A stretch of 64,000 nt of DNA from contig MFJD01000004.1 of assembly GCA_001779095.1 (NCBI GenBank), positions 173,031 through 237,030 of the forward strand, read 5' to 3'. This stretch comes from Candidatus Gottesmanbacteria bacterium RBG_16_52_11. Lineage in GTDB: Bacteria > Patescibacteriota > Microgenomatia > UBA10105 > UBA927. The notes beneath the pieces were generated by a model. The model saw nothing but the letters and a program-made list of their open reading frames with translations. It was not told where the DNA came from and ran no database searches. Shown here piece by piece: positions 47,566-56,625 of this stretch; position 1 is the first letter of the stretch, and every line of letters starts with the position of its first letter. A program made the translations under genes and the position numbers.

Positions 47566-48238
47566 AACCAAAGCAGCCAATACGATATCCCCTGTCAACC
47601 AAATACTCGAAGATCATATCTCCTCCTACATCATGGAACTGATCCGCTGCCTGGTGATGCTGGATAAAATAAAGATAGGGGAGGCAGTCGGAATCCTGAC
47701 CCAGGCTTACCGGGACGGGAAAAAGGTCTTCATCATCGGTAACGGCGGCAGCGCTTCCAACGCTTCGCATATGTCCTGCGATCTGAGCAAAGGCACGCTG
47801 TCGCGGATTTACGATGACAGCGAACCCCGGTTCAAAGCCTATTCACTGACTGATAACGTCGCCATCATGACTGCATTCGGCAATGACCTGAGTTACGAGG
47901 ATATTTTCGTCCAGCAGCTGCGAAACCTGGTGGAAAGCGGGGACGTGGTTATAGCGCTGTCAGGCAGCGGGAACAGTCCGAACGTGATAAAAGCCGTCCT
48001 GTATGCCAGGAAGTGTCAGGCAAAAACAATCGGATTCTTAGGGTTTAAGACCGGGGGGAAACTGGCTGCCATCGTAGACTGCGCCGTCATTGCTGACAGC
48101 AACAAGTACGGCCAGTGTGAGGACATACAGCTGATACTGGACCATATCCTGACGTCCTGGCTGGCCATCGTGAAAGCAGAGCACGATAACGGGAATAAGG
48201 GGAGACGTAAAGCGGGAAGGCCCCGAAAGACGGGTTAA
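47558..48238 (+). CDS. gmhA: SIS-domain phosphoheptose isomerase (GmhA family)
   Basis: IGNGGSASNASH, TAFGND..Y..IF..QL, ALSGSGNSPNV, GGKL, EDIQ. Confidence 0.75.
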   Translation: MPKTKAANTISPVNQILEDHISSYIMELIRCLVMLDKIKIGEAVGILTQAYRDGKKVFIIGNGGSASNASHMSCDLSKGTLSRIYDDSEPRFKAYSLTDNVAIMTAFGNDLSYEDIFVQQLRNLVESGDVVIALSGSGNSPNVIKAVLYARKCQAKTIGFLGFKTGGKLAAIVDCAVIADSNKYGQCEDIQLILDHILTSWLAIVKAEHDNGNKGRRKAGRPRKTG

Positions 48239-48239
48239 A

Positions 48240-49232
48240 CTAATTTACTTCAGGACGGCGGGCAAAGGCGGTGCCGGCCGGCGTGTCAGAATCCCCGTTG
48301 ATCCGGAAATTTTCCGGCTGTTTGGCGGAGTATCCGGACTCCAGAAGCGATTTGGCACCGAAGGCTTTCACCAGTGTTCCGGTCACCCTGCCTTCGGCAT
48401 CACTAACTGAGAAAGTATCACCCCGGTTGTTCCTGACCCCTTCCAGGTAAATATAGGTGTTGTTTTCGATATATTTAACAACTTCATTCCAGTTGTCAAA
48501 GACCCTGGCTGCTCCGGATTCCGTCAGTGTCTTTACCATCAGTTCAGTTGGCTTGTTTCCTTCTCCGACAACGGCAGGCACGGCAAAAACCGTTGCACCG
48601 GCTGCGACTGCAGCCTTAACTCCGGTCGGCGAGTCTTCGAAAACCAGAAGCCCTGAAGGGGAGATATTCATCTCTTTTGCCGCCAGCTGATAGACGTCCG
48701 GCGAAGGTTTGCCGTGTTTGACGTCATGCCTAAGAAGGACCGGATTACCGTACAGCATCTCCCGCAGTCCCGAACGGTCAATAATGATGCCGGCCTGGGT
48801 GCTCCTGGTCACCGAACAGATGGTGTACGGCACTCCGAGCTGGGAGACCATCTGGATCAGTCTGGCGGAACCTTCGCGCGGCCGGAAAACGGCCTCACTG
48901 AACATCCCGTCGAATATCGCATCCTTAAGTTCGATCATCTTCCCGACATTCCAGGCTTTGAGCAGATCTCCGGAACCGGGATTTTTCCGGGCAAGTTCAA
49001 GCAGTTGCTCCATAACCGCGGTATCGGGACCGCCGACAAATGACGGAACCTGCCGCATGATTTCGTCCACCGAATCGGGAAGAGTAATTCCCAAAGCTCC
49101 GGCTACTTCCCGGTGCGCCCGGTGATGAAGTGATTCAAGATCCACCAGGGTGCCTTCCAGGTCCAGTGCCACACCGGAGAATATTTTCAGCGTATCCTCG
49201 GCTTCTGGTTTAAGTATCAGGGCGCCATGCAT
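48240..49232 (-). CDS. HAD-superfamily hydrolase (beta-PGM/CbbY-like) with C-terminal extension
   Basis: Motif I DLEGTLVD (second Asp replaced by Glu), GKPSPDVY, VFEDSPTGVKAA. ATG 49232 preferred. Confidence 0.85.
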   Translation of the reverse strand: MHGALILKPEAEDTLKIFSGVALDLEGTLVDLESLHHRAHREVAGALGITLPDSVDEIMRQVPSFVGGPDTAVMEQLLELARKNPGSGDLLKAWNVGKMIELKDAIFDGMFSEAVFRPREGSARLIQMVSQLGVPYTICSVTRSTQAGIIIDRSGLREMLYGNPVLLRHDVKHGKPSPDVYQLAAKEMNISPSGLLVFEDSPTGVKAAVAAGATVFAVPAVVGEGNKPTELMVKTLTESGAARVFDNWNEVVKYIENNTYIYLEGVRNNRGDTFSVSDAEGRVTGTLVKAFGAKSLLESGYSAKQPENFRINGDSDTPAGTAFARRPEVN

Positions 49233-49349
49233 ATAATAAACTAGATTGTTAATTATAGGATTAAAGTTACCTTTCGTCAATTTCAGACTACCTAAGCTCA
49301 AAAATGGTAAAATTGACGGTCAGAGTAGTGTGGGTAGAAACCGGATATT

Positions 49350-49952
49350 ATGGAAACCGTCATCGGCATTGACCTTGATAATACGATAATCAGTTTTGAC
49401 CGCATTCTCCATGCCAGCGCATCGGAACTGGGGCTGGTCGGCCGGGGGATACCGGTCCGCAAGGATGCGGTGAAGCAGGCCATACTTGAGCGCCACGGAG
49501 ACCGGGTGTGGCACCATATCCAGAAAATTGCCTACGGCCTCAGGATGGAGGAAGCCCGACTTATCCGGGGAGCGGTGCCATTCATCAGCGAATGTCTCAG
49601 AAGTGGTATCAGGGTATATATAATCAGCCATAAAGCTGAATTAGTGGAGGTGAACGGAGTCAGAATTAATCTGAGGAATAAAGCTATGCAGTTTTTAAAG
49701 AAAAGGTTCATAATAGGGTCTGAAACTGATCGGCTTAATGAACAGAATATCTTTTTCGAGCCGACACGGGCCGACAAGCTGGCACGGATTGCCAAACTCA
49801 GGTGTACGCATTTCATCGATGACCTGGAAGATGTTTTTCGCGAAGACGGATTCCCGGAAACCGTCACAAAAATCCTGCTCGGCCATACGACTGATAGTTC
49901 CTGGATGACCTGTCCGACATGGGGAAAAGTAAGTCAATACTTTTTCGGGTGA
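49350..49952 (+). CDS. HAD-like hydrolase
   Basis: IGIDLDNTI, YIISHK, a conserved Lys, HFIDDL. Confidence 0.8.
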   Translation: METVIGIDLDNTIISFDRILHASASELGLVGRGIPVRKDAVKQAILERHGDRVWHHIQKIAYGLRMEEARLIRGAVPFISECLRSGIRVYIISHKAELVEVNGVRINLRNKAMQFLKKRFIIGSETDRLNEQNIFFEPTRADKLARIAKLRCTHFIDDLEDVFREDGFPETVTKILLGHTTDSSWMTCPTWGKVSQYFFG

Positions 49953-49956
49953 GCAA

Positions 49957-50946
49957 ATGAAGGCAGCATTAGAAGATATTGTGAGCAGGATATTGGGGAC
50001 AACCGGCTTATCCCTAAGACCGGGTCCGGCCGGATTCAACAGTACAATTTATATATCGGATACGGATTCCGGACGGTACCTGGTCAAGGTGTATAAGCGA
50101 AGACCCCGGGACCATCGGAACCGGCTGGAAACGGAATTCCGGAGCCTCAAGTACCTCTGGGCGCAGGGTTTGCGGCAAGTGCCGGAACCGGTGGGACGAA
50201 ACCAAAGCCGGGCAATCGGAATATACCGGCATATGACCGGAGTACGCCCAGAGACAAAAACAATCGCTGATTTCGATCAGGCAGTCCGGTTCCTGCGGCA
50301 GCTTAGGTCATTAAGCCGCAAGACCTCTTCTGAGAGGTTCAGCCGGGCCTCGGAAGCGTGTTTCTCGCTTTCCGAATACCTGGATGCGGTACGCCGACGG
50401 TATGCCCGACTGGTGCGGGTAGCCGATACCCGACTGCAGAAGTTTCTCAGGGACGGGTTTCTGCCGTATTTCCGGGAGACTGCCGATTATGCAGCCGGAG
50501 AATATGCCCGGGCCGGACTGACACGGTTTACCCGTCTGCCCCGTAAAGCCAGGACTTTAAGCCCTTCCGACTTCGGATTCCACAATGCGCTCAAAGATGA
50601 CCGGGGACGGATTATTTTCCTGGATTTTGAGTATTTCGGCTGGGATGATCCGGCCAAACTTATTTCGGATTTCCTGCTCCATCCGGCAATGGAACTGGCC
50701 CAGGTGGAGCAGCGCTATTTCTTCCATAAGGCATACCCCCTTTACAAAAATGCGGATCTCCGGGCCCGCCTGCCGTCTGTATACCGGATTTGCGCTCTGA
50801 AATGGTGTATGATCATGCTCAATGCGTTTCTCCGGAAGGAAGACGCCGGGGTCCAGAGCCGGCAACTGACTAAAGCCAAGTCAATGCTGTCACGGATTGC
50901 CGCGGAAGTCCGGACCGGAAATTTGCCCTTCAGCGGCGAATTATGA
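49957..50946 (+). CDS. APH/choline-kinase-like phosphotransferase
   Basis: GFNSTIY, LVKVY, LSPSDFGFHN, FLDFEYFGWDDP. Confidence 0.85.
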   Translation: MKAALEDIVSRILGTTGLSLRPGPAGFNSTIYISDTDSGRYLVKVYKRRPRDHRNRLETEFRSLKYLWAQGLRQVPEPVGRNQSRAIGIYRHMTGVRPETKTIADFDQAVRFLRQLRSLSRKTSSERFSRASEACFSLSEYLDAVRRRYARLVRVADTRLQKFLRDGFLPYFRETADYAAGEYARAGLTRFTRLPRKARTLSPSDFGFHNALKDDRGRIIFLDFEYFGWDDPAKLISDFLLHPAMELAQVEQRYFFHKAYPLYKNADLRARLPSVYRICALKWCMIMLNAFLRKEDAGVQSRQLTKAKSMLSRIAAEVRTGNLPFSGEL

Positions 50947-51788
50947 GGAATAATTACCGTAAATCCATTCCGCTTGACCGGCGCTCGCTGGCGCTGCGGA
51001 AACTGATCCTGTCCGCATATACCTCAGCCCGGCGGGGACACCTGGGCAGTTATTTGTCGCTGGTTGAGATCCTCAGAGTGCTGTATGACTCGGTTCTCAG
51101 GTACGATCCGCGCAAACCCGACTGGCCCGGGCGTGACAGGTTTATCCTGAGCAAAGGCCATGGGTCAGTGGCCCTCTATGCCATACTTGCCGATAAGGGA
51201 TTTTTCTCTCCGGAACTGCTGCCTACATTCGTGAAATTTGACAGCATGTTCGGTCAGCATCCGGACAGCCGCAAAGTCCCGGGAGTCGAGGCTTGTACCG
51301 GATCGCTGGGGCATGGGTTGTCAGTCGGGGTGGGGATGGCGCTTTCTGCCCGAATCGACAAACAGAAGCACCGGGTCTTCGTAGTCATTAGTGACGCTGA
51401 GAGCCAGGAGGGTTCGGTCTGGGAAGCGGCGCTTTCCATTGCCAAGCATAACCTGACAAATCTGGTGGTAATTGTTGACTATAACCACATGCAGAGCTAC
51501 GGGCGGACGCGGGAAGTGCTTGATTTGGAGCCGCTGGCTGCCAAATGGAAAAGCTTCGGATTTGGCGTAGAACAGGTGAACGGGCATGACGTAAAAAAGC
51601 TCAGGCAGTCATTTCTGAAAGCAGTGAATAAACCCAGCCGGCCACAGGTAGTCATCTGCCATACGGTCAAGGGCAAGGGGATTGCGGGGATAGAAAATAA
51701 CGTGTCCTGGCACCACAAAACAAAACTCAGTGATGAGGATGTGGAAATGTTATACGCGAATCTAAGACAACGGGGGTCAGAGAATTAA
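50943..51788 (+). CDS. Transketolase N-terminal (ThDP-binding) subunit
   Basis: GHLGSYLS, DRFILSKGHG, TGSLGHG, ISDAESQEGSVWE, DYNHMQ, HTVKGKG, WHH. Confidence 0.92.
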   Translation: MRNNYRKSIPLDRRSLALRKLILSAYTSARRGHLGSYLSLVEILRVLYDSVLRYDPRKPDWPGRDRFILSKGHGSVALYAILADKGFFSPELLPTFVKFDSMFGQHPDSRKVPGVEACTGSLGHGLSVGVGMALSARIDKQKHRVFVVISDAESQEGSVWEAALSIAKHNLTNLVVIVDYNHMQSYGRTREVLDLEPLAAKWKSFGFGVEQVNGHDVKKLRQSFLKAVNKPSRPQVVICHTVKGKGIAGIENNVSWHHKTKLSDEDVEMLYANLRQRGSEN

Positions 51789-51820
51789 GCGCTGGTGAAA
51801 ATGTTTAGTATGCCGTTAAT

Positions 51821-51868
51821 TCAAAACTCAAAAATCAAAAGTCAAAACTACAACGTAAAATTCAAGAC
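51821..51868 (+). repeat. TCAAAAN heptamer element between the transketolase subunit genes
   Basis: TCAAAAC TCAAAAA TCAAAAG TCAAAAC TACAAC GTAAAAT TCAAGAC, lying inside a 26-codon mini-ORF at 51801-51881. Confidence 0.85.
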
Positions 51869-51934
51869 CGGAAAACGATAAAGAAATTTTCCATTGCATG
51901 CAGCTTAAATCATAATAACCGGAACCGTAATCAT

Positions 51935-52957
51935 ATGAGAAAGACCAGCCTGGAACAGGTTTATCTGTTAGCTAAAAAAGACAAACGGGTGGTATTCGTG
52001 GGATCGGACCTGGGACACGGGACACTCGATAAGTTCAAAGCCGAAATGCCGGACCGGTTCTTCATGGAAGGAGTGTCGGAGCAGCATCTTACGGGCATGC
52101 TGGCCGGAATGGCGTTATCGGGCAAAGTGCCGTACTTCAATACCATCGCCGTGTTTGCCTACCGGCGGTGCCTGGAGCAGGTGATACTCGACGTAGCCAT
52201 CCCGAACCTGCCGGTCAGGATCATCGCCTCGGGTGGCGGATTCGTCTACGTGCCGCTGGGACCGACCCACCTGGCGACAGATGACCTGGCGATACTCCGG
52301 ACCGTACCCAACATGACGGTTATCGCTCCGGCTGATGCAGCGGAGATGGCACGGCTGATGCCTCTGACACTCAACTGGCCCGGGCCGATATATATCAGGC
52401 TCGCCAAAGGCGGGGATCCCGTAGTCACCCCGGCCGACGTACCCTTCAGAATCGGCAAAGCCGTGCCGGTAGCTACCGGCTCGGACTTACTGATCATTAC
52501 CACCGGCATCACCCTGCAGTTTGCACTTGTTGCCCGGAAAATGCTGGCTGCTGAGGGGATTAAAGCCGGAGTTCTCCATGTCCCGACCGTCAAGCCGCTG
52601 GACCAAGACGGGATTCTGTCGCGGATCGCCAAAGTCCGGGGTGTAGTCACTATTGAGGAGGGAGTCCGGCTTGGGGGGTTGGGCAGCGCCATCGGGGAGC
52701 TGATGCTTGACGAGGGACTCGTGCGGCCGCTGACGCGGATCGGACTTCCGGACGAATTCACCCTCCACTACGGTACACAACTGGAGCAGTTGGCATATTA
52801 CGGCATATCCGGGGATGGGATAGTCCGGGCAGCCCGGAAGCTCCTGGGTGGTCGGGTCAGGACGCGGACGCTGGCTCACGCAGCGCGTCGTAAACTCTTA
52901 AGAGTCCGTCCTCAACCCTCAACACAGGTACAACGGGGTACAAGTCGTCGGGCGTAA
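51935..52957 (+). CDS. Transketolase C-terminal subunit
   Basis: GSDLG, EGVSEQH, RCLEQ, GPTHLATDD, GPIYIRL, TIEEG..LGGLGS. The 3' end overlaps the convergent gene by 101 nt. Confidence 0.92.
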   Translation: MRKTSLEQVYLLAKKDKRVVFVGSDLGHGTLDKFKAEMPDRFFMEGVSEQHLTGMLAGMALSGKVPYFNTIAVFAYRRCLEQVILDVAIPNLPVRIIASGGGFVYVPLGPTHLATDDLAILRTVPNMTVIAPADAAEMARLMPLTLNWPGPIYIRLAKGGDPVVTPADVPFRIGKAVPVATGSDLLIITTGITLQFALVARKMLAAEGIKAGVLHVPTVKPLDQDGILSRIAKVRGVVTIEEGVRLGGLGSAIGELMLDEGLVRPLTRIGLPDEFTLHYGTQLEQLAYYGISGDGIVRAARKLLGGRVRTRTLAHAARRKLLRVRPQPSTQVQRGTSRRA

Positions 52958-53657
52958 AAATCAGGGCAAAGTCCTCGGGAGTGGTGGCGTCGGTAGGCGG
53001 ATACTGTATCCGGTAAAATTCCATGGATTTAGCAAATACCGCCGGCAGGTCAGGATCATTACCCAGCAGCAAATCCCTGACAGTCTCGGCGCAGAGCTGG
53101 TCCTCCATCAGGTTAGGATCTCCGGCAAATACCGGTTCCCGGCCGCCCGAGGGTACCAGTGTGATCCGTTCCGCCCTGCCGTGATTTGTAACCAGCCATT
53201 CCGACAGGGTCCGGAGATTGGAGTAATTGCCCACCACTATCGGACCGGCCCCCTTACTCCACAGCTCGCTTAAGGTGTAGGTACCGTTGTTGGTCAGAAT
53301 TACGACCGTCTTCCCACTAACGTCGGCAGCTGCCACTTCGGCCGGATGATTGGAACAGGTGAATTTCCCGGACAGGTCCGGATCAGGACTTTCGCCGAAG
53401 AGGGCGGCATCGGGAAACCGATTGAGGGCTGCGCGGACGGTGTCCCGGGTCACCACATAAAGTCTTTTCGCGCTGATAGCCAGGCGGTTGATGTTCTGGG
53501 AGGCAGAGATCACATCAAACATTACCGCCGGACCTGTCAGTTTTTCCGGCAGATCCCAGGGATAGGCAATGTCAATGGTGCCTTGGTACGTAAATTCTCC
53601 GGACTTGGGTGTTTCCTGGGCCAGCATATATGCCGCGGGAAAATTATGGTCAGTCAA
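52857..53657 (-). CDS. 2-phosphosulfolactate phosphatase (ComB)-family protein
   Basis: VMFDVISAS, LFGE, SNHP, LTNNGT, VGNYSNL and EDQLCAE match ComB motifs. Start is TTG 53657 or ATG 53627. Confidence 0.8.
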   Translation of the reverse strand: MTDHNFPAAYMLAQETPKSGEFTYQGTIDIAYPWDLPEKLTGPAVMFDVISASQNINRLAISAKRLYVVTRDTVRAALNRFPDAALFGESPDPDLSGKFTCSNHPAEVAAADVSGKTVVILTNNGTYTLSELWSKGAGPIVVGNYSNLRTLSEWLVTNHGRAERITLVPSGGREPVFAGDPNLMEDQLCAETVRDLLLGNDPDLPAVFAKSMEFYRIQYPPTDATTPEDFALIFTPDDLYPVVPVLRVEDGLLRVYDALREPASAS

Positions 53658-54081
53658 GCGGCAGCTGCATCAGCTCACGCAGCTCGGCGACCGTATGATA
53701 TTCAACGAAAACCCGTTCCCGGCCGCTCTGGACGTGAGTCAGGACATTAAAACGCCGGTTATCAGGATCATACGCAGCATCGATCAATTCAATCCTGGTT
53801 CCGTCAGCGGTGACGTAAAAGGGAGTGATTGTTTCTGTTTGTCCGCCTGAATCGTCATTCTCCAGACGGTAGGTAAGTGGTTCGTGGACGTTGCCGTTAT
53901 CGCGGATAATCTGCCTTTCCAAGCCTTCCGCGACTCCGTACCAGGAATCCCCCGGATCTCCCCGGACGACAAAATTCGCTCCGTCAAATCCCAGATTACG
54001 CAGCAGTCCGGCCAGGCTTTCTTCAGGCATGATTTGCGCCTGAAGCTCCAGGTAACGGCGTCTATCGTCCTCAACAGCCAT
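53650..54081 (-). CDS. Hypothetical protein (143 aa)
   Basis: ATG-start ORF in tandem between the metallophosphoesterase-like and ComB-like genes; no family recognised. Confidence 0.65.
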   Translation of the reverse strand: MAVEDDRRRYLELQAQIMPEESLAGLLRNLGFDGANFVVRGDPGDSWYGVAEGLERQIIRDNGNVHEPLTYRLENDDSGGQTETITPFYVTADGTRIELIDAAYDPDNRRFNVLTHVQSGRERVFVEYHTVAELRELMQLPLD

Positions 54082-54113
54082 AGGAGATTGTGCGGGCCAG
54101 GAAACTGATTATA

Positions 54114-55586
54114 TCACAGGATTCTTTTGACCGGCTGGTCGGGACCGGCAAAATCCCGGTCACCGGCCGGATGCTTCGCCGGTGCATCATATTCACCGAT
54201 AGACTCCAGTGGCAGATAAGAGACCATGGTGTGATCATACGCATATTTGGCATTCACATCGGGAATTTCCGGCATTTCTCCGTGCTGGTGGGCATAGATC
54301 AGCTGACGGGGGCGGTAACGGTGTATCAGAGATTTCAGATTATCGATCATCAGGACATCCTGCTTTCCCGGTTTTCTGCCCGGGGCGTGGCGCCGGTTAT
54401 CCAGATGGTGGTGGGCCAGCATGATTATTTCCAGACCCTCGGATCTGGCCTGACTGACCTCGTCAGCAATTAGCTCCAATCTGTCTTCCGGCACGTTTCC
54501 CAGATACTTGAGTTCGTTAAACGGTACCAGGATGTGGTAGGTCGCTTTAGAACGAAGTCCGCTGATTTCTTTGGTGCAGTTTATCCCCATACCCTCCAGA
54601 TATTTTTGGGTATCAAATACCCGGTCCAGGCCGTGGGAAATCGCGTCCTGACCGGCCGGCATGTCTTCGTTACCCTCGATCCAGACTATTTTGACGCCCC
54701 GACCTTTCAGTTTCAGAAGCGGCAGGGAAAGCTGTCTAGCACTTTCTTCGTACTGGTCCATATAGTTCTGGCGGATTTCTTTGGGCAGAGTCTTCACCCA
54801 GGTGCCGGAGTTAAGCCCGACTGCCGGGGGTTCCGCCACGGCCTGCCTGATCCAGGAAATATATGTTCCGAGTACCCCGTCGGGTGGAGTTTCATCCGTT
54901 ATAGCGGGTAAATCCGCAACCGGATATGCCTTCATCTGTTGCCGGGCTAGTGATAGAAGCGGTGTTAGGTCACCGGGATCGGTAAGCTTTGTCCCCCCCA
55001 TATCTTCGATGGCAAAACGCAGAAGCCGGATGGCTCCGGCGCGGATGGTGGGACTTTCGGTGCCGGCCGCACCGGCAGTGCTGCCAAGAATTTCCGCCGG
55101 CGAGATATCGGGATTTTGGGAGACGAGGAGATTCACCCGGTTCATCAGGTTGTCGTAGAAAAGCTTCTTCTGGCGGACCGTGCTCAGGTCTTTGGCGCCC
55201 GGCAAATCGCCGCCCAGAAATACCGTATCAGGCAGATCAGCTTCCCTGGCGTCGGCCAGTTCATTCAGGTGTGATAAAAGTTCCGGACTGCCGCCGTGGA
55301 TACAGCCGATGTAGAACATCCGGTCTTCGTACTTACGGCGGATTTCGGCAGCTTTTTCCGGGGAAAGCGACGCGCGGTATGATCCGATGACCAAAGACCG
55401 GTCAACATTGTTGTCCACGGCTGCCGATTCGATTTCCAATCGGAGCGCTGACGGGAAATGTGACCCGGTCGACCGGTCAAGTGCAGCCGCGTCATCCAGA
55501 CGGGTTTTCCGGCCGGGACTGATACCGGTTTCCTGGGATGGGGGAATATGCCATTCGTGCGCGCCAGGGACTATTTCGGCTGACAT
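54114..55586 (-). CDS. Calcineurin-like metallophosphoesterase-fold protein with variant motifs and a large insertion
   Basis: IGCIHG, LGGDLPG, IEGNED, LAHHH and YAHQHG appear in the order of the five MPE motifs. Confidence 0.6.
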
Positions 55587-55592
55587 GGGGGA

Positions 55593-55636
55593 ATTATACC
55601 ACGGCGCTTGACAGGCTATTAGCGTTGCCGTACCCT
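55593..55636. promoter_or_regulatory. Back-to-back divergent promoters
   Basis: Minus strand: TGGTATAAT (55601-55593), 6 nt before ATG 55586. Plus strand: TTGACA (55608-55613)-N17-TACCCT (55631-55636), upstream of ATG 55653. Confidence 0.65.
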
Positions 55637-55652
55637 TCCCGGTAAAGGATTT

Positions 55653-56315
55653 ATGGGTAAGCTGCTTCGGATCATTACCCCACTACATAAACGGACAACC
55701 CGGGACTATATCGGCCGGATGACGGACAACAAGGTCGAGGCCATGGGAGTGGCCAAAAAGTACGGCCGGGATTACTGGGACGGGGACAGGCGGTACGGTT
55801 ACGGCGGATACCGCTACGACGGGAGATGGGAAAAAGTCGCCCGGAAACTGATCCGTACCTACAAACTGAAAAAGAATGCCAGGATTCTCGATGTCGGCTG
55901 CGGCAAGGCGTTCCTTCTCTATGAACTCAAGAAACTGCTGCCCCAATCCACTATCGTGGGCATGGATATTTCCCGCTGGGGGCTGTCACACGCTCCGAAG
56001 GAAATCCGGAAATACTTACGGGTCCACCGGGCAGAGGATACATACCCATTTAAGGACTGGGAGTTCGATCTGGTAATTTCCATCACTACGCTCCACAATC
56101 TGACCATCGACAAACTGGCTGCGGCATTGGGCGAAATCGAGCGGGTGGGAAAACACAAGTATATTGCGGTCGAGAGCTATAGGAACGACCCGGAGCAGTT
56201 CAATTTACAGTGCTGGGCGCTCACCTGCGCTGCCTTTTTCAGCAAAAGGGAATGGGTCTGGCTCTACCGGCATTTCGGGTATACCGGGGATTACGAGTTT
56301 ATTTATTTTGAGTAA
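55653..56315 (+). CDS. Class I SAM-dependent methyltransferase
   Basis: [41 protein letters not shown]. Confidence 0.88.
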
Positions 56316-56349
56316 ACCCTTTTTTCGTTGCTTGCTCAAATAACATACT

Positions 56350-56615
56350 CGATTTCTTTGCTCGTCCAAAGAAATCGGGGAAAGAAAGGACGCCCCGGGT
56401 GAAATTTTTCCGGGATTTCTAATCCTCACTCTGGCTGGGACAGAGAGGATTTATCAGATCCGAATATACAGTTGGTATGGACTTCCCAAGTATTAGGTAT
56501 AGTACTGTGAACAACTAGCCAGCCTCCGTTCGGAAAGGAATCCGCTGAAAAATTCCAACGGGGATTATTATTAAAGGTATGATGTATAATCCTTCTCGGA
56601 AAATCTTCAACGGGG
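56350..56615. repeat. Structured interspersed non-coding element, copy 2, with an extra 3' arm
   Basis: Hairpin CGATTTCTTTG/CAAAGAAATCG, AAAGAAA, then CCCCG-GG-TGAAATTTTTC (56393-56410) pairing with GAAAAATTCCA-A-CGGGG (56547-56563); inner stem GGCTGG/CCAGCC. The 19-mer at 56597-56615 is identical to 13013-13031. Confidence 0.8.
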
Positions 56616-56625
56616 AAAATCTAGT

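Noticed and set aside
44899-48238. Canonical LPS inner-core (ADP-heptose/waa) locus
   Set aside because: There are no heptosyltransferase (GT9), Kdo or lipid A genes, and the HldE-like domain order is reversed, so I did not assign hldE or hldD symbols.
52857-53657. Coenzyme M biosynthesis
   Set aside because: No comA, comC or comDE neighbours are present, and ComB-family proteins occur widely outside that pathway.
15512-55586. Integron cassette array explaining the opposite-strand genes
   Set aside because: I found no intI and no recurring attC (RYYYAAC...GTTRRRY) structures at the gene boundaries.
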